From contig NC_068999.1 of NCBI RefSeq assembly GCF_001194135.2, positions 32,578,431 to 32,642,430 of the forward strand: DNA of 64,000 nt, read 5' to 3'. Shown in pieces: positions 24,991 to 38,420 of the stretch. A program made the position numbers and the translations under genes. This DNA comes from Octopus bimaculoides (taxonomy: Eukaryota). Under the pieces are notes generated by a model, which was not told the DNA's origin, made no database searches, and saw only the letters and a list, made by a program, of their open reading frames with translations. Every line of letters starts with the position of its first letter. Positions within the stretch are counted from its first letter, which is position 1.

Positions 24991-25577
24991 AACCATGAAT
25001 ATTCTTGTTGCTTATTTTGATTTTATATATATATATATATATTTACATGAAGGCACCACATGAGCATCTACATTGCTAAAAATAAAAGTAAAAAATACTT
25101 CTGTATCACAGAATAGTCACAAATCTACTACAGACATGAATGGAAAAGTTCTCAGTGAACATAAAAAACATCTTACCTCTGCTAGGCCAGTACAAGCAAT
25201 ACTGGTCAACTTTGAACTGGTTTCGAAATTAGCACCAAATAGGTTCCTGTTTCTCTTCAGCCAAAGTCTGCCAGCTTACTACTACTAAAATTTTCCCACA
25301 CCATGCCTGTAAAAGTTTGTTTGAAATGACCAAATATTATTTAAACAAATGAAATGCATGAAATTATTTCTAAATAAATATAAGAAGGGATGGTATTATG
25401 AAAATACCATCATGTGTGGCAAGCAAGCTATCAGCCGTACAGGCAAATTAATAAAATGTATACATACAATATAACATATGTACTTATATATATACACACA
25501 CAAACACGAATGCACAACATGAGCACCTACATCGCTAAAAACAGAAGTCCAAAATACTACTGTACTGCAGAATTGCC

Positions 25578-25640
<63 letters not shown>

Positions 25641-25840
25641 TGCACACATATATATATTCAAATATAACTCTTCTTCATATTAAAATTATCTAAATTATCA
25701 TGACATGATGTCATCATCTGTGCTACTTATCTTTGATAAATCTTCTGGCAAGATGAATTATTTTTCAGAAAAAATATCAAAGGATCTCCTCACTGTATAC
25801 ATTTTACGTTGATAGTTACAGACATACATACACACAGTCA

Positions 25841-25885
<45 letters not shown>

Positions 25886-26411
25886 CCCCCCTCTTCCCTG
25901 ATTTATGAACTATATTCTGAATTTATTTCATTGTAATATCAAATACATAATTAAATATGACATTTTCCCTACAAGAAAAAACAAAAGAAAGGAAAATTAT
26001 GATAAACAAATTTAAAGAATGTTTAGTGATGTGTTTACTTTGCAAATAAAACCCATTGTTATGAATTTATTGACGATGTATTTGCTCGTGATGTAATTAC
26101 CTTATAATGAAATTATCAAACAATATATTTACTGTGATGCAATTACCCATGATGTATTTAACAGCCACCATTCTTTGTGTATAAATGGTGTATAGATGTA
26201 TGATTTATGTGCATGTGCTGGAGCTAATGTAGAGAAGGCTAGGAAGTGATTTCATCTTGTAATCTTGTCTCTAATGTGGTTCTACCTGGTTTTATTTCTA
26301 TGCATGCTCTGTACCACTTTCATGATGGAAACCAAACCAACTAACATTTAATGGGTAACTTTGCCTTTTATAATAATGGTACCATAGTCAAGTATATAAA
26401 TACTCTACTGT

Positions 26412-26802
26412 TGTTTCCCAACCACATAGTTCCAGGTTCAATCCTACTGCAAGCACCATGAGCAAGTGTCTTCTGCTGTAGCCTCAAGTCAACCAAAGCC
26501 TTGTGAGCGGATTTAGTTGAAGCCCACCCTGTATGTGTGTATACACACACACACATACACACACACACATATATATATATATATATCTGTGTGTGTGTGT
26601 GTGCGTCTTTGTGCTTGTATTTGTCCCCACTACCACTTGAAAATTGGTATTGGTGTGTTTACATCCCTGTAACTCAGTAGTTTGGCAAAAAAGAGTGATA
26701 GAATAAGTAATAGGCTTACAAACAATAATTTCTAGGGTCGATTTGTTTGACTAAAGGTGGTGCTCCAGCATGGCCACAGTCAAATGACTGAAATAAAAGA
26801 AT
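26412..26802 (+). mobile_element. SINE-A
   Basis: Head, core, internal microsatellite and AAAGGTGGTGCTCCAGCATGGCCACAGTCAAATGACTGAAA tail. Confidence 0.85.
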
Positions 26803-26818
26803 ATGTATATACACACAC

Positions 26819-26856
<38 letters not shown>

Positions 26857-27689
26857 GTAGTATATTGCCAATAAANNNNNNNNNNNNNNNNNNNNNNNNN
26901 NNNNNNNNNNNNNNNNNNNNNNNNNNNNNNNNNNNNNNNNNNNNNNNNNNNNNNNNNNNNNNNNNNNNNNNNNNNNNNNNNNNNNNNNNNNNNNNNNNNN
27001 NNNNNNNNNNNNNNNNNNNNNNNNNNNNNNNNNNNNNNNNNNNNNNNNNNNNNNNNNNNNNNNNNNNNNNNNNNNNNNNNNNNNNNNNNNNNNNNNNNNN
27101 NNNNNNNNNNNNNNNNNNNNNNNNNNNNNNNNNNNNNNNNNNNNNNNNNNNNNNNNNNNNNNNNNNNNNNNNNNNNNNNNNNNNNNNNNNNNNNNNNNNN
27201 NNNNNNNNNNNNNNNNNNNNNNNNNNNNNNNNNNNNNNNNNNNNNNNNNNNNNNNNNNNNNNNNNNNNNNNNNNNNNNNNNNNNNNNNNNNNNNNNNNNN
27301 NNNNNNNNNNNNNNNNNNNNNNNNNNNNNNNNNNNNNNNNNNNNNNNNNNNNNNNNNNNNNNNNNNNNNNNNNNNNNNNNNNNNNNNNNNNNNNNNNNNN
27401 NNNNNNNNNNNNNNNNNNNNNNNNNNNNNNNNNNNNNNNNNNNNNNNNNNNNNNNNNNNNNNNNNNNNNNNNNNNNNNNNNNNNNNNNNNNNNNNNNNNN
27501 NNNNNNNNNNNNNNNNNNNNNNNNNNNNNNNNNNNNNNNNNNNNNNNNNNNNNNNNNNNNNNNNNNNNNNNNNNNNNNNNNNNNNNNNNNNNNNNNNNNN
27601 NNNNNNNNNNNNNNNNNNNNNNNNNNNNNNNNNNNNNNNNNNNNNNNNNNNNNNNNNNNNNNNNNNNNNNNNNNNNNNNNNNNNTATAT

Positions 27690-28140
27690 ATATAAACAAT
27701 ATATAAGTATATGCATATATATGTACATGTATGTATATACGTTCATCTACATGTACATACAGATACATAACTGGGTACATGACATGGCAAAAGAACAAGG
27801 ACAAAATGGTAAACAAGGTGCAACAAACAAGCAGGCCACATAGAAACATCCTCTTCATCAGCTGCCACCATTAAAACTCCGGCGTTTCGAAGAATTAAGG
27901 CAGTACGCATCGTTAAATTGTTTTCGTGGAGAGTAGTGGCGGATGGAAAACAAGACAGGAAAACGTGTGTATGTCTTGAACGCTGTGAAGCACGTACAGG
28001 AGGGGCAAAGAAGTACATGCGAGCTTGGTGATTCCAAGAACGAAAAGAAATAGCAGCCGGACACACGTGACCAAGGCTGTGTGAAGAGAAAGAGTAGCAG
28101 AGGGAAAAGGAGGGGAGGAAGTAGAATAAAAGTAAGCAAC
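27690..28140 (-). mobile_element. Young CpG-rich element, probably a Penelope-like terminus
   Basis: High CpG retention; contains GAAAC (27884-88) and CTGATGA (27855-61) with complementary flanks; no recognisable ORF. Confidence 0.45.
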
Positions 28141-29479
28141 GAGAGGTAGAGAGAGAGAGAGATAGTAGTAGTAACGGTGAGAGGTGAAGGACGAGTAACA
28201 AGAGATAGAGAGAGAGAGAGAAGTAGTGACAGGTTGAGGGAAGAATGAGAGGGGGAGATAGAAATGGAGAGAGAGAGAGATAGAGAAAAGGAAGAGCTCT
28301 AGCATGGCCACAGCCTTAGGGCTGAAATGTATAAAAGAATACACACATACACACACACACACATACACACACACACACACACACACATGTATATTTGTGA
28401 AAGCTTGAACTTGCATAATGTTACATGTTAAGTTACATAATTGAACTTGTTTTCTGAATATATGCTATGGAAACATGTAGTAGTTCTCTGGAGTAACCAT
28501 TAATTTTTATTTTGGCTTAGTGTATATGTATGTGTGTGAAATGGGAATGGGAATTCATTAAATCCAATAGAATTATTTTCATCATTCCTTCATACCACAA
28601 CTGATTGCTCCCTTTTCTCTGTCTATGTAGATATCCAGGAATTTTACGAAGTAACACTTTTAGATGATTCCAAGTCAACACAACAGAAGACTTTGGAAAC
28701 TTTACAGATTGCCAGTAAATGGGAAAAGGAGCCACCAATCACAAATAGCCAACCCAAGTTCGACGTGAGTCAACTCTCCTTTTGTTTGTCTTCTTTTTCT
28801 TCTTATGAGTTTTCTTCCCCTATGTTTGTTTTCAAAAAAGAAAAAAGGAAAAAAATGAAAAATAGACTTTATGAATTTTCAGCTTTTCTTTCTAAATTCC
28901 CTCCCTTGTTAACAAGATAAAATTTCTGATTGGTTGGATTTTATTTCTACTGAAAGGCAGAGTAATAAGATTAATCCAAAATTGAAATCATATTGTTTTT
29001 ATACATAACTTAAATATATTTCCTTCTTCTCAACACATTTCTGACATTTTATCCGTATCAGAAATGACTATTAATTCTGCTGAGATCAATTCTACTTTCC
29101 ACCCTACCAAGATTGATTTAAAAAAAAAAAAAAAAGTTACTAGTCAAATGCTGGGGTCATTTTAATCAACTACTCTCCACCCAAATCTCTGGCCTTGGGC
29201 CTGTTGTAGAGTTTGTGAAGAAGTATTGTAACTGTGTAGAGTGGATGGAACTATTCTAAGCATGTACCTGTGGATCAGAGAACAATATTTGGAAGAGTGC
29301 ACATGTTCTTGATGATGTAGGTGATCTTGGATTTGTGTGGTTCTTTCATTAGCTCTGATTGGAGGCCCCTCAGTGTCAGGAGGATTGTAAATAATGGTTT
29401 ATTTGCCACAGGGGCATCAGATAAAAGAGACATTACAAAGACAATTTACAATTTGTATGAGGTTTTACAATGGAAGAAT

Positions 29480-29731
29480 ATGCTCATGAAATTAATGTGC
29501 AAGTGGTTGAGTACTCCACAGACACATGTACCCTTAATGTAGTTCTGAGGAAGATTCAGCATGACACAGAATGTGACAAGGCTGACCCTTAGGTACTACT
29601 CATTTTTTGCCAGCTGAGTGGACTGGAGCAATGTGAAATAGTGTTTTGCTCAGGGACACAATGTTCCACTGGGAATTGATCCCACTACATTATGATTGTG
29701 ATCTGAATACCCTTACCACTAAGCCATGTGC
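29480..29731 (-). mobile_element. SINE-C
   Basis: tRNA-like head GCACATGGCTTAGTGGTAAGGG, core TTGCTCCAGTCCACTCAGCTGGCAAAAAATGAGTAG. Confidence 0.75.
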
Positions 29732-30528
29732 AAACAGCAAGCTTAACAACAACACCACCACCACCACCATTATCATCACTACTACACCACAACCACCGCT
29801 ATTGTACCAGCATCACCACCTTAAGAGTATGCTATTATATCAGTACCTTATCCTCACTACTCTATCAACCCAAGATCATTTCTACTATACTACTACCACC
29901 ACCTCCATACCACTACTACCACATCACAAATACTATACCACCACCAAATCGCCATTACAAAACCACCTCCAGCACCACCCTGTTATACAACTATCATCAC
30001 ATTCCACTGTTGCCACACTGCAAATATATAATACATATCCCCCTCATAAAATTATGTCAGTAATAAAGTGGACAGCTGGAAATTGGATCTCTTTATTGGT
30101 TTCAGTTTTATTACTGAATAATAGATGTGGTGGTGGGTGTGGTGATGGTAGTGGTGTTAGGTCACCTTCGTTGAGGTGTTAGATCACCTTGGTTGTGGTA
30201 GTGGTAGTGGTGGTGGTTGTGGTAGAGGTTAGGTCATGTTGGCAGTGGAAGTTTTTATAGAGTTGCAAGACAAGAGACAGTGGCATTGACCATTACAGTA
30301 CTTTCCATGCTGGTCAGTTTGATGTGGTTGATGCCTTTAGAGAGATATTTTGAAAGAGAGAGAGATGGAGAGAGAAAGAATTCCAGATGACTGTAATTGG
30401 TGATGGTCAACTGTTTAATGGGTATTTCATGAGATGCAATGAATAAGAGTTTGCTGTGAGTAAATCCTGGTGAGGGTGATATTCAGTATTAGCTAGTTCA
30501 GACAAGCAGAGGCTGTTGTAGTAGATGT

Positions 30529-30561
<33 letters not shown>

Positions 30562-30749
30562 CAGTCTTTGCAAATTAACACTGCAGTTAATTGGCTTCCT
30601 TATAGTTTAGGATATTCATGTGTGTATGTTTGTGTGGGAATCCCTGAATCCCTTATGTATCAGTACTCCCGTATGTGTCCCTCTTGAGCATCGTGGAGGG
30701 CCAGCAACATATCTTTGCTCGAGTATCTTCCTTCTCTGAACAGACAGAT

Positions 30750-31330
30750 TCATACCTGTCAAACTTCTGACATTGTGGTCACCATGGAAGATAACCAAAG
30801 ACTGAGGGCTAAGTATTTGTGGCAACTTTCAGTGTTTTAGTTGCATGTTGGATATATGTAGAGACCATGAAGTGCAGGACAACTATTTTGATAGATTTAA
30901 TAGTCGAGTGTTTCTTGAAAAGTACTTGTTTGTGATGGTCTCCTTACAGGACATTTTTGATGGTTCTTGTCAAAGAAGTTGTTTGTTTAGATATCTAAGT
31001 TTGTATGTGTACAGAAGATGATGGAGGTGTGATGGTTGGTCTTGTAAAGGAATGAATGTGGAAATCATTAATGTAGAAAATATTAAAGACATAAGTAACC
31101 CTTAACTTACACCTGAGCTGATTGAATGTGACATAAAGAAAATCCTATGAGTGTGGTGATGGTTTGACTGAAAATCTCTAATCCAAAAGGTGTTAGATAG
31201 TTGGGTCAGTAGTTTGGTAACATGGCACAGTGGTTCACATGTTGTGACTCATTTAATTGTTTTGATAATGTTCTCTTGAGGTATTGAAGCGATAATGACT
31301 TAGTTCTGGCATTCTGTGCCTGTGTACTTA
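30750..31330 (-). pseudogene. Possible highly decayed CR1/L2-like reverse transcriptase
   Basis: Scattered motifs in the expected order across frames: LSKQLNESQH, VNHCAMLP, FWIRDF, SSGVS*G, FYINDF, KYLAL. Confidence 0.35.
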
Positions 31331-32056
31331 TAGCTGTGTATTGAACGACCTGATCTTTAGTTCTATAAATGTTATGAAGAATATACCTGAGAGGGTGGTG
31401 CCAGTCACTCACTTAACTTGATCAAGGGGTAGTTGTAATTACTTTGAAGAGTTGTTAGTTTGGAACTGACGGAGATCCAACTGCTTAGTTGTGGGAGTGT
31501 TTGTATGGTAGGTATATTACAGTATGATGTATGGTCAGTTTTGTGGTTGTGTGATATGTCTGTTTTGTGAAGTAATTATGTGAAGTAATTATGTGAAGTA
31601 GTTGTGTGGTAAAATATGTGTCGTTGTTGTATGGTGGTTGTGTAGTGATATGAACTGATGTAGCTGTCATGTATTACAATGTATGTTACTTTGATCAGTC
31701 AATGATCAGATAATATGGTTGGGTTGGGCTGTCTGGTAAAAACTGGATTTAGAGGTGAAAAGAGAGGTTAAAAGTAATTGCAAAGTTAGCTTATTTGATT
31801 ATAGTTGTGGTGATGGTGCTGCAGCTGATCGGTATGTGGTCGCGCAGGGTTGTGGTGCATGATGGTGGTGACAGTGAATGTCGGAGGTGGTAAAGGCCCA
31901 TTACTTGCTCCAGTTTGCTGAACTGAAAATAACAGATTTCACTCCTCCTTCATGGTTGAATGGTGATCAGAATGAAGGGCATCCACCTATAAAAAAACTA
32001 TTATTTTAGCTACAAAAAAAGCCAAAATGGCTGCATGAAAAACTACAGTAGCACAT

Positions 32057-32092
<36 letters not shown>

Positions 32093-34747
32093 GCCCACAT
32101 ACACACACCTACACATACATGCACACACAGTTATGAGCATGTTTGTGCATTCACCTGTTTATTCTGAGAAAGCAAGTTTGTAAGACAAATTAGTCTGGTT
32201 TCTTCAGATTTAATGTTATCAAAAGACATAACACTATTTACATGATAAGTCACCTTGTTTTACTTACTTGTTCTATATATGTATGTGTGCATGTGTGATA
32301 TGTTAAAGAGAGTTTGAAGTTTCAAATATAGCTGATCACTTGTAAGACCAGATCAATTTGTGTGTCAATCAGTACTTTCCTTGCTCTCTCTTCCCTTACT
32401 TCTCTCTCACTCTCAACATTCACTTGTTTTCAATTGCACTTCCTCTCTCATCTTTGCCCACACATGCTCCTTACATGAACCAAGAATAAGTAAGAGACTG
32501 GAAGTAGAGTGTAGAGGTAGTTTTAAATAGTGTTTCGCCTCGTATAATATTTCTAAGACAAAATCATGTTAAGGGCTTTTGTTTTGATTGTTATTCTGGT
32601 CTTATGGGAGGTCAAGGTCTTTAGTTTCCATAATCAACAATAAATATGTTGGGAGGAAAACAAAAACATTAGTTGATAGATATCATTACTATTTTAAAAT
32701 TCCTGGCAAATATTAGAGATAATAATAGATCTGTTTCAGTCTTATGACTTCATTAGCAAAGATGTAAGGAAATAGATTTGATTAGAAATTGAGCAATTCT
32801 TTTATAAAGAATGGTGTTTAAAATAGTGTTGACTTATTTAATACGCAGAACACTGTAGTGTTGAAGGTGTCTAAACCTATGATTAACAACCAAAAAGAGA
32901 CACACTGTGATCAACTTAATATATTTCACACTCTATTATACATGCTGTCTGTTTTATCTTCAGTATTTGATTTTTGGCTGCAGCAATGTCTGTTTTCACT
33001 TGTGTAGTATACCATAATGTATTTGATATTAAAGGAATCTCGGTTTGTTTTCTCTCTATGTCAGTAAGTAAATGTTACCAGTTCTATAGATTTAGGTAAA
33101 CTGTGAATGATTTAAAGACTGAAGGATTAGAAATCACAACAGAAGAGAGATGTGCAGTGTTCATTCTTTATGCTCCAAGGAACTGGTGTTCTATTTATGA
33201 CAAGTAGTGGCTCTGTCATGTTGCCCAAGGATTGAGGTTTTGAATTCCCTTGTATTACATTCTTAGTAAGGAAGCTTAATTCTACTTTAAGCCTACTGGG
33301 TGTAAAAACAAAGTGCTTTTCATTTCTATCAGAATTCAAAAGTTATTGCAATTGAAAGGTGTCAGCCATTGTATTGTTATGAAATTGGAAAATATTCTGA
33401 CCAAGATTAAAACTAGTTTGCCAGCATTATGATGAAAATATTACATCTTGTAATTTTGCTATCACATGAAAGCTTATCTCCAAATTGGAAGCTCACCAAA
33501 GTTTGCAGGAGGGTGGTACTACAGTGAAAGATAAAGAAGATAATTGGTAAATGACTGAATGAGTGAAGATTTAAATCCTGGATTGAAATCTCTTTAAGAA
33601 AAGTTAACTAATGCTGCACCTCTTCTCGTTAATGTTCTTTTTATGGAGATTTTGTAAAGGTGGCTTATAATTTAATTGAGCTAGGATTCAAGAGGATAGA
33701 ATCAATATTGGACTTTTTCACCCAGTTCTTTTAAAGACTAAACTGCTTTAGTATGGAGTAATTATGTAGTTGATTCCTAGTTTGGTTTATTCATGCCCCA
33801 TTGACTTGTCTTCAGTTTGTTTAGTTTTTCTTTTCTAGAAATACTTGCTAATTTTCGTTATTTTGGAGAAATTGTTTAATGAAATAAATTGAGCTTACTG
33901 TCAGTAACTAATGGTTATATTTTAAACCTAAAATCAATTTAATTAAATCTAAATGCCTCTCTTCAACTCAATGCTACCTTCTTCACCATTAAATAAATGG
34001 TTATCTTGTATATTTCAGTTGTTTTGCTTCAGATTTATTCTTTGTTACATGACACCATTTTTCAGAGTAATGAATGTTTTGGCTAGCTGTGTGTGTGTGT
34101 GTGTGTGCGTGCATGCAAGTTTTTCCCAAAAAATTTTAGTCTATTTCTATAGCAGTGTATGGAGGTGTGATAATGTAGTGTACCTGTGTGTGCATGTTGG
34201 TTTCAGTCACTGGACAGTGGCTATGTTAGAGTATTACTTTCTAGATTATTTCACATCCATACCAGTACTTGCTTCTGTCTGGTACTTACTTTATTGATCT
34301 TTATTCATTGAATGACTAAATTACATTTTGATGAAAAGGAATGTAGTTTGACATACCGTTTCACATGCGTGTTTGTGTATGCACACACACACACAGACAT
34401 AATTGATATACTTTGTATATTACACATATACTGAATGTTATATACCAGATGTCACTGTTACATATACTATTTTATTCTAGTCCTCCTCTTCTATATCTGC
34501 TACTGACTATACATACATTCTTTGTTGCAAATCTGCTACAGAGTATCTCTACTCTCTGCTATTGACTATGCATACTCTTTCATTCTTAGATTTGCTACAC
34601 ATTCTCTATACTCCTATTGTGCTGAATCTTGCAGGAACAACCTGCAAGAATACCATATAAAGACAGAAAGAACCATACACATACACACAAACATACATTT
34701 AATATGTGTATAATATATATGCATATATATATATATATATATGATGA

Positions 34748-34797
<50 letters not shown>

Positions 34798-34934
34798 ATG
34801 TATGTACGGAGCATAAAAGGGATAAGTTATCCTGGCAGATACTGTATTATCTCCCAAATTGGTTTAGATGCCAGCTAATCACAACAGTCCGATATATAGT
34901 ACTCAAGCTTAGAATTACTGGTACTGGTAAACTT

Positions 34935-35369
34935 CATTATTTACAATGGACAGATAGATGTCCTCACTTCGTTTGCTGTTAGCACAACTTTTTGGTTGAT
35001 GTACTTTCCAGCTTTCATCTGGTGTTCTGATGGAATTCCGAACCCAACCCTTTATTTGACTAATAGAGTACTCCGTTCTCATTCCTAAGGTATTCTATTT
35101 TGCAGTTATTTTTTTTCTGTTGATATCATTCCCAGGTGATATCATTTCCAGGCAAGGACTTGGGGAAATAATATCAACAGAGATAATGTCAGCAAAAAAG
35201 AATACCTTAGGAATGAGAACTGAGTACCCCCATTCGTCAAAGGGGTTCGAAATTACACCAGAACACCTGATGAAGGCTGGAGGGTACATTAGCCAAAACA
35301 TTGTGGTAACAACAAATAAGATGAGGACATTGTAAATAATGTAATAATTCCTCATCTCAAAAATATAGA
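34935..35369. mobile_element. Inverted pair of Penelope-like termini, each with a decayed minimal hammerhead
   Basis: ~34935-35135 (minus) and ~35160-35369 (plus) are inverted copies; the right copy reads AACAC-CTGATGA-A-GGCTG-loop-TAGCC-AAAAC-AT-T-GTGGT (35262-35307). Confidence 0.7.
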
Positions 35370-35621
35370 TCGGTAAACTTCACTCCGGAACTGCAAATAT
35401 TCAGCAGAGTATTTAATAGCATTGATGATGAAGAGGAGAATGGAAATTTTATGCACATCCCAAAATTTCTTTATTTAAAAGTTTTCTACAGCTTATACAT
35501 CTGACCTATATATGTTTTGACTGCAGCGACTACACATTGCTTTGTATGCAACTGTTCATTTTAGTCATTGCAATTTCAAGGGCCCACCACTCTCCTTGTT
35601 TTCAACATTCTATATATGTAT

Positions 35622-35945
35622 CATCATCATCATTTAATGTCCTCCTTCCATGTTGTCATGGGTTAAATGGTTTGACAGGAGTTGGCCAGGCAGGAACCTG
35701 TGCCATGCTTCTGTACCTGTTTTGGCATGGCTTCTATGGCTGGATGCCTTTCTTAACACCAACCACTCCATAAAGTGGGTTGAGTGCCTTTTACATGGCA
35801 CTTGCACTGGTGAGGTCAGTTTTGGCATGGTTTTTACAGCTGGATGTCCTTCCAAATGTGAACCACTTTATTGTGTGGACTGGGTGCTTTTTAAGTGGTA
35901 CTTGCACTGGCAGCGTCACCAAGTAACTTTGCAAGACAAGGAGTC
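35622..35945 (-). mobile_element. RTE-type LINE 3' tail with duplicated module
   Basis: (CAT)n end and two TTTTGGCATGG..CTGGATG(C/T)C..CCAACCAC modules. Confidence 0.75.
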
Positions 35946-36109
35946 TTTGAGAGGAGAGGGAGCATTGGAAGAGGTGATCATGTGACAGAGAGTCAGAAAG
36001 ATTTCTTGCTACAGAGGAGATCCAAAGTTACCCAGCTAGGAAGAGAAAGAGAGCGAGAGTTATATATATATATAATTATTAATTTAATATATAAATTGCT
36101 GTAAATTGC

Positions 36110-36420
36110 TTTTTTCCATGCTGGCTACCTGATAATTATCATTAGTGTGATTTTTCTGTGCTGGTAAGGGTTGGATGGTTTGACCAGCGCAGAGCTGGAA
36201 AGCAGGAAAATTGCACCAGGTTCCAGTCTGATTTGGCATGGCTTCTACAGCTGGATGCCCTTCCTAACACCAACCACTTTACAGAGTGTGCCAGATATTT
36301 TTTATGTGCTATTGGCATAAGCACTTTTATGCGACACGAGCATGTATGCTTTTTATATGGCACCAGCACAGGGCTCTTACAGGCCTATCCTCTCCACCAG
36401 GGGGAGCAGCATTAACACTT
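36110..36420 (-). mobile_element. RTE-type LINE 3' tail
   Basis: TTCTACAGCTGGATGCCCTTCCTAACACCAACCAC module. Confidence 0.75.
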
Positions 36421-36568
36421 CTGCTGTGGAAGACAGGTTTTCTTGAGTACACCAAGGTACCAGATATCACGGTTCTTTGTTATCTCCTGTGTGTCTTATA
36501 TCTCATATGTATCTATATTTAGTATATACATATATATATATATATATATCTATATCTATATCTCTCTT

Positions 36569-36604
<36 letters not shown>

Positions 36605-38420
36605 NNNNNNNNNNNNNNNNNNNNNNNNNNNNNNNNNNNNNNNNNNNNNNNNNNNNNNNNNNNNNNNNNNNNNNNNNNNNNNNATATATATCATCATTTA
36701 ATGCCCACCTTTCATGCTAGCATATACATATATTGTGTGTTTTTGATATTTTGTAAGAGTGATACGGTTGGTGGGAAAAGTTGAAGCTATATTTGTAGGG
36801 TGTAAACATTTATAATGGTTATAAAACTTTACAGATTGTATGGTTCATAGAATGGCCAGTTAAGGGCTGGAGATAAACAGCCAGACATATCATTATTTAG
36901 ATTACTTATCTTTGCTCTGTGTGTGTGTTAATCTGTGACAAATCTGGCTACAGTTGTGTTAGATGCCATCACCCATGTCACTATATACTGCTATGCTCCC
37001 TGAACTTGACCACTACATTATACAAAGTGCTGCTAGAACTATTGATATATACAACTATTGCTGTGTGTGTGGGTGTGAAATTCAGATTAAGTGATCTTCT
37101 GAGAGCAAGAGATCACTTAGTGACCGAGGTGTCACTAAGGTCTCATAGCTGTCTGTAGATACCATTCCTCTTTGTGGCAGCTGCCAACCTGTATGAATTC
37201 ATGTTAATTCTAAACTGGCAATATTGTTGTCGTGCATATGTCAGCGTTAAATTTCTGGTGTATTATTTTGAAGTTGACAAATGGTTGCAAATATTTTTGG
37301 TAAAAGCTTTTAGCTTTAATAATCCAATGAGCTGTGTGCCATTATTTTCATGATGTGCTGAGCACTTTTTGCAGTTACTTTACTTAAGCTGTCTTCTGTA
37401 TTCTTCAGTTTTAAACAGAAATGGATTGTTTTTCATATTTTATTCTTCGAATATTATGTAAAATAGTGATTATGCAAGCATGACTGTATTTGTGCTTGTG
37501 AGTGTGTATAATATCAGCTATACAGCTGCCGTTGTGCATGTATACGGCAATATGTACAGACATACAACTCAGTTTGGTAATTGTCTTATATTATACAGAT
37601 TTCTATAGGTACAAGAATTGAGGTTTTGTAACAATGATGCCGTTCTTGAGTAAGATGGTTGGAATAAATATGAACTCCCTGTTGGGAGATTACTTTTTAT
37701 TCCCCCACCCATTATGGCAGGGGCCACCAGTTGTGGAATGGTGTGAAGTTCATTAGCTAAATCATCATATTACTGGTAGCACTTTATGTATTTGGGAATG
37801 AGGTGGAGTAGATTATGTAATTCATTATGTAACTGGCATGTTGTTATACACCCCCCCATCCTCCAGTCCATGGTTTGTACTTTATTTTATCAGACCCCAG
37901 TATTTGACTGGTATTTCTATTTTTGTCAACCTCCATTTTGGTTGGGACTTATAAACCTCAGTATTTGACTGGTACTTTATTTTATCATCCTCGAGAAGTA
38001 TTGACACTAACAAATGAAATCCTGCTCTCTCCCAGACATCAAATTGTGAAAATGTCTAAATCATTTCTATTTGAATATTCCTACTGCTGAAAGACCCTCC
38101 CTGAGTTGTTAGAAATAACTGCTAAATCTTCCTCAAATCATACCATCGTAAATAAAGGAAGTTGGACAGTGTAGCTGTAGATATACAAGCATTCAGGATG
38201 GTCATGGCTGGAACAAATTTAATGAATAAGCCTGCTTGATGAGAGTTAAATACCAGCAACCACAACATAAACTTGATATTACTTACATCACAAAAGCAGT
38301 TCTTGCCTCACTTACATAGGTGTGATGGGAAAAAAATAGTCATTGCTTCAGAGCTTTTACAAAATTCTTTTTTTTTTTTGTTTTTTTTTTTGAGGCTTTT
38401 TCTTCATTCTTTTTCTGATT

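Noticed and set aside
29740-30240. (CAC)-rich tract followed by a (GTG)-rich tract as an inverted pair
   Set aside because: Low-complexity complementarity only; no specific alignment.
32964-33063. 100-nt plus-strand segment with AG/GTAAGT boundaries
   Set aside because: Stops in all frames and no other support; compatible with chance.
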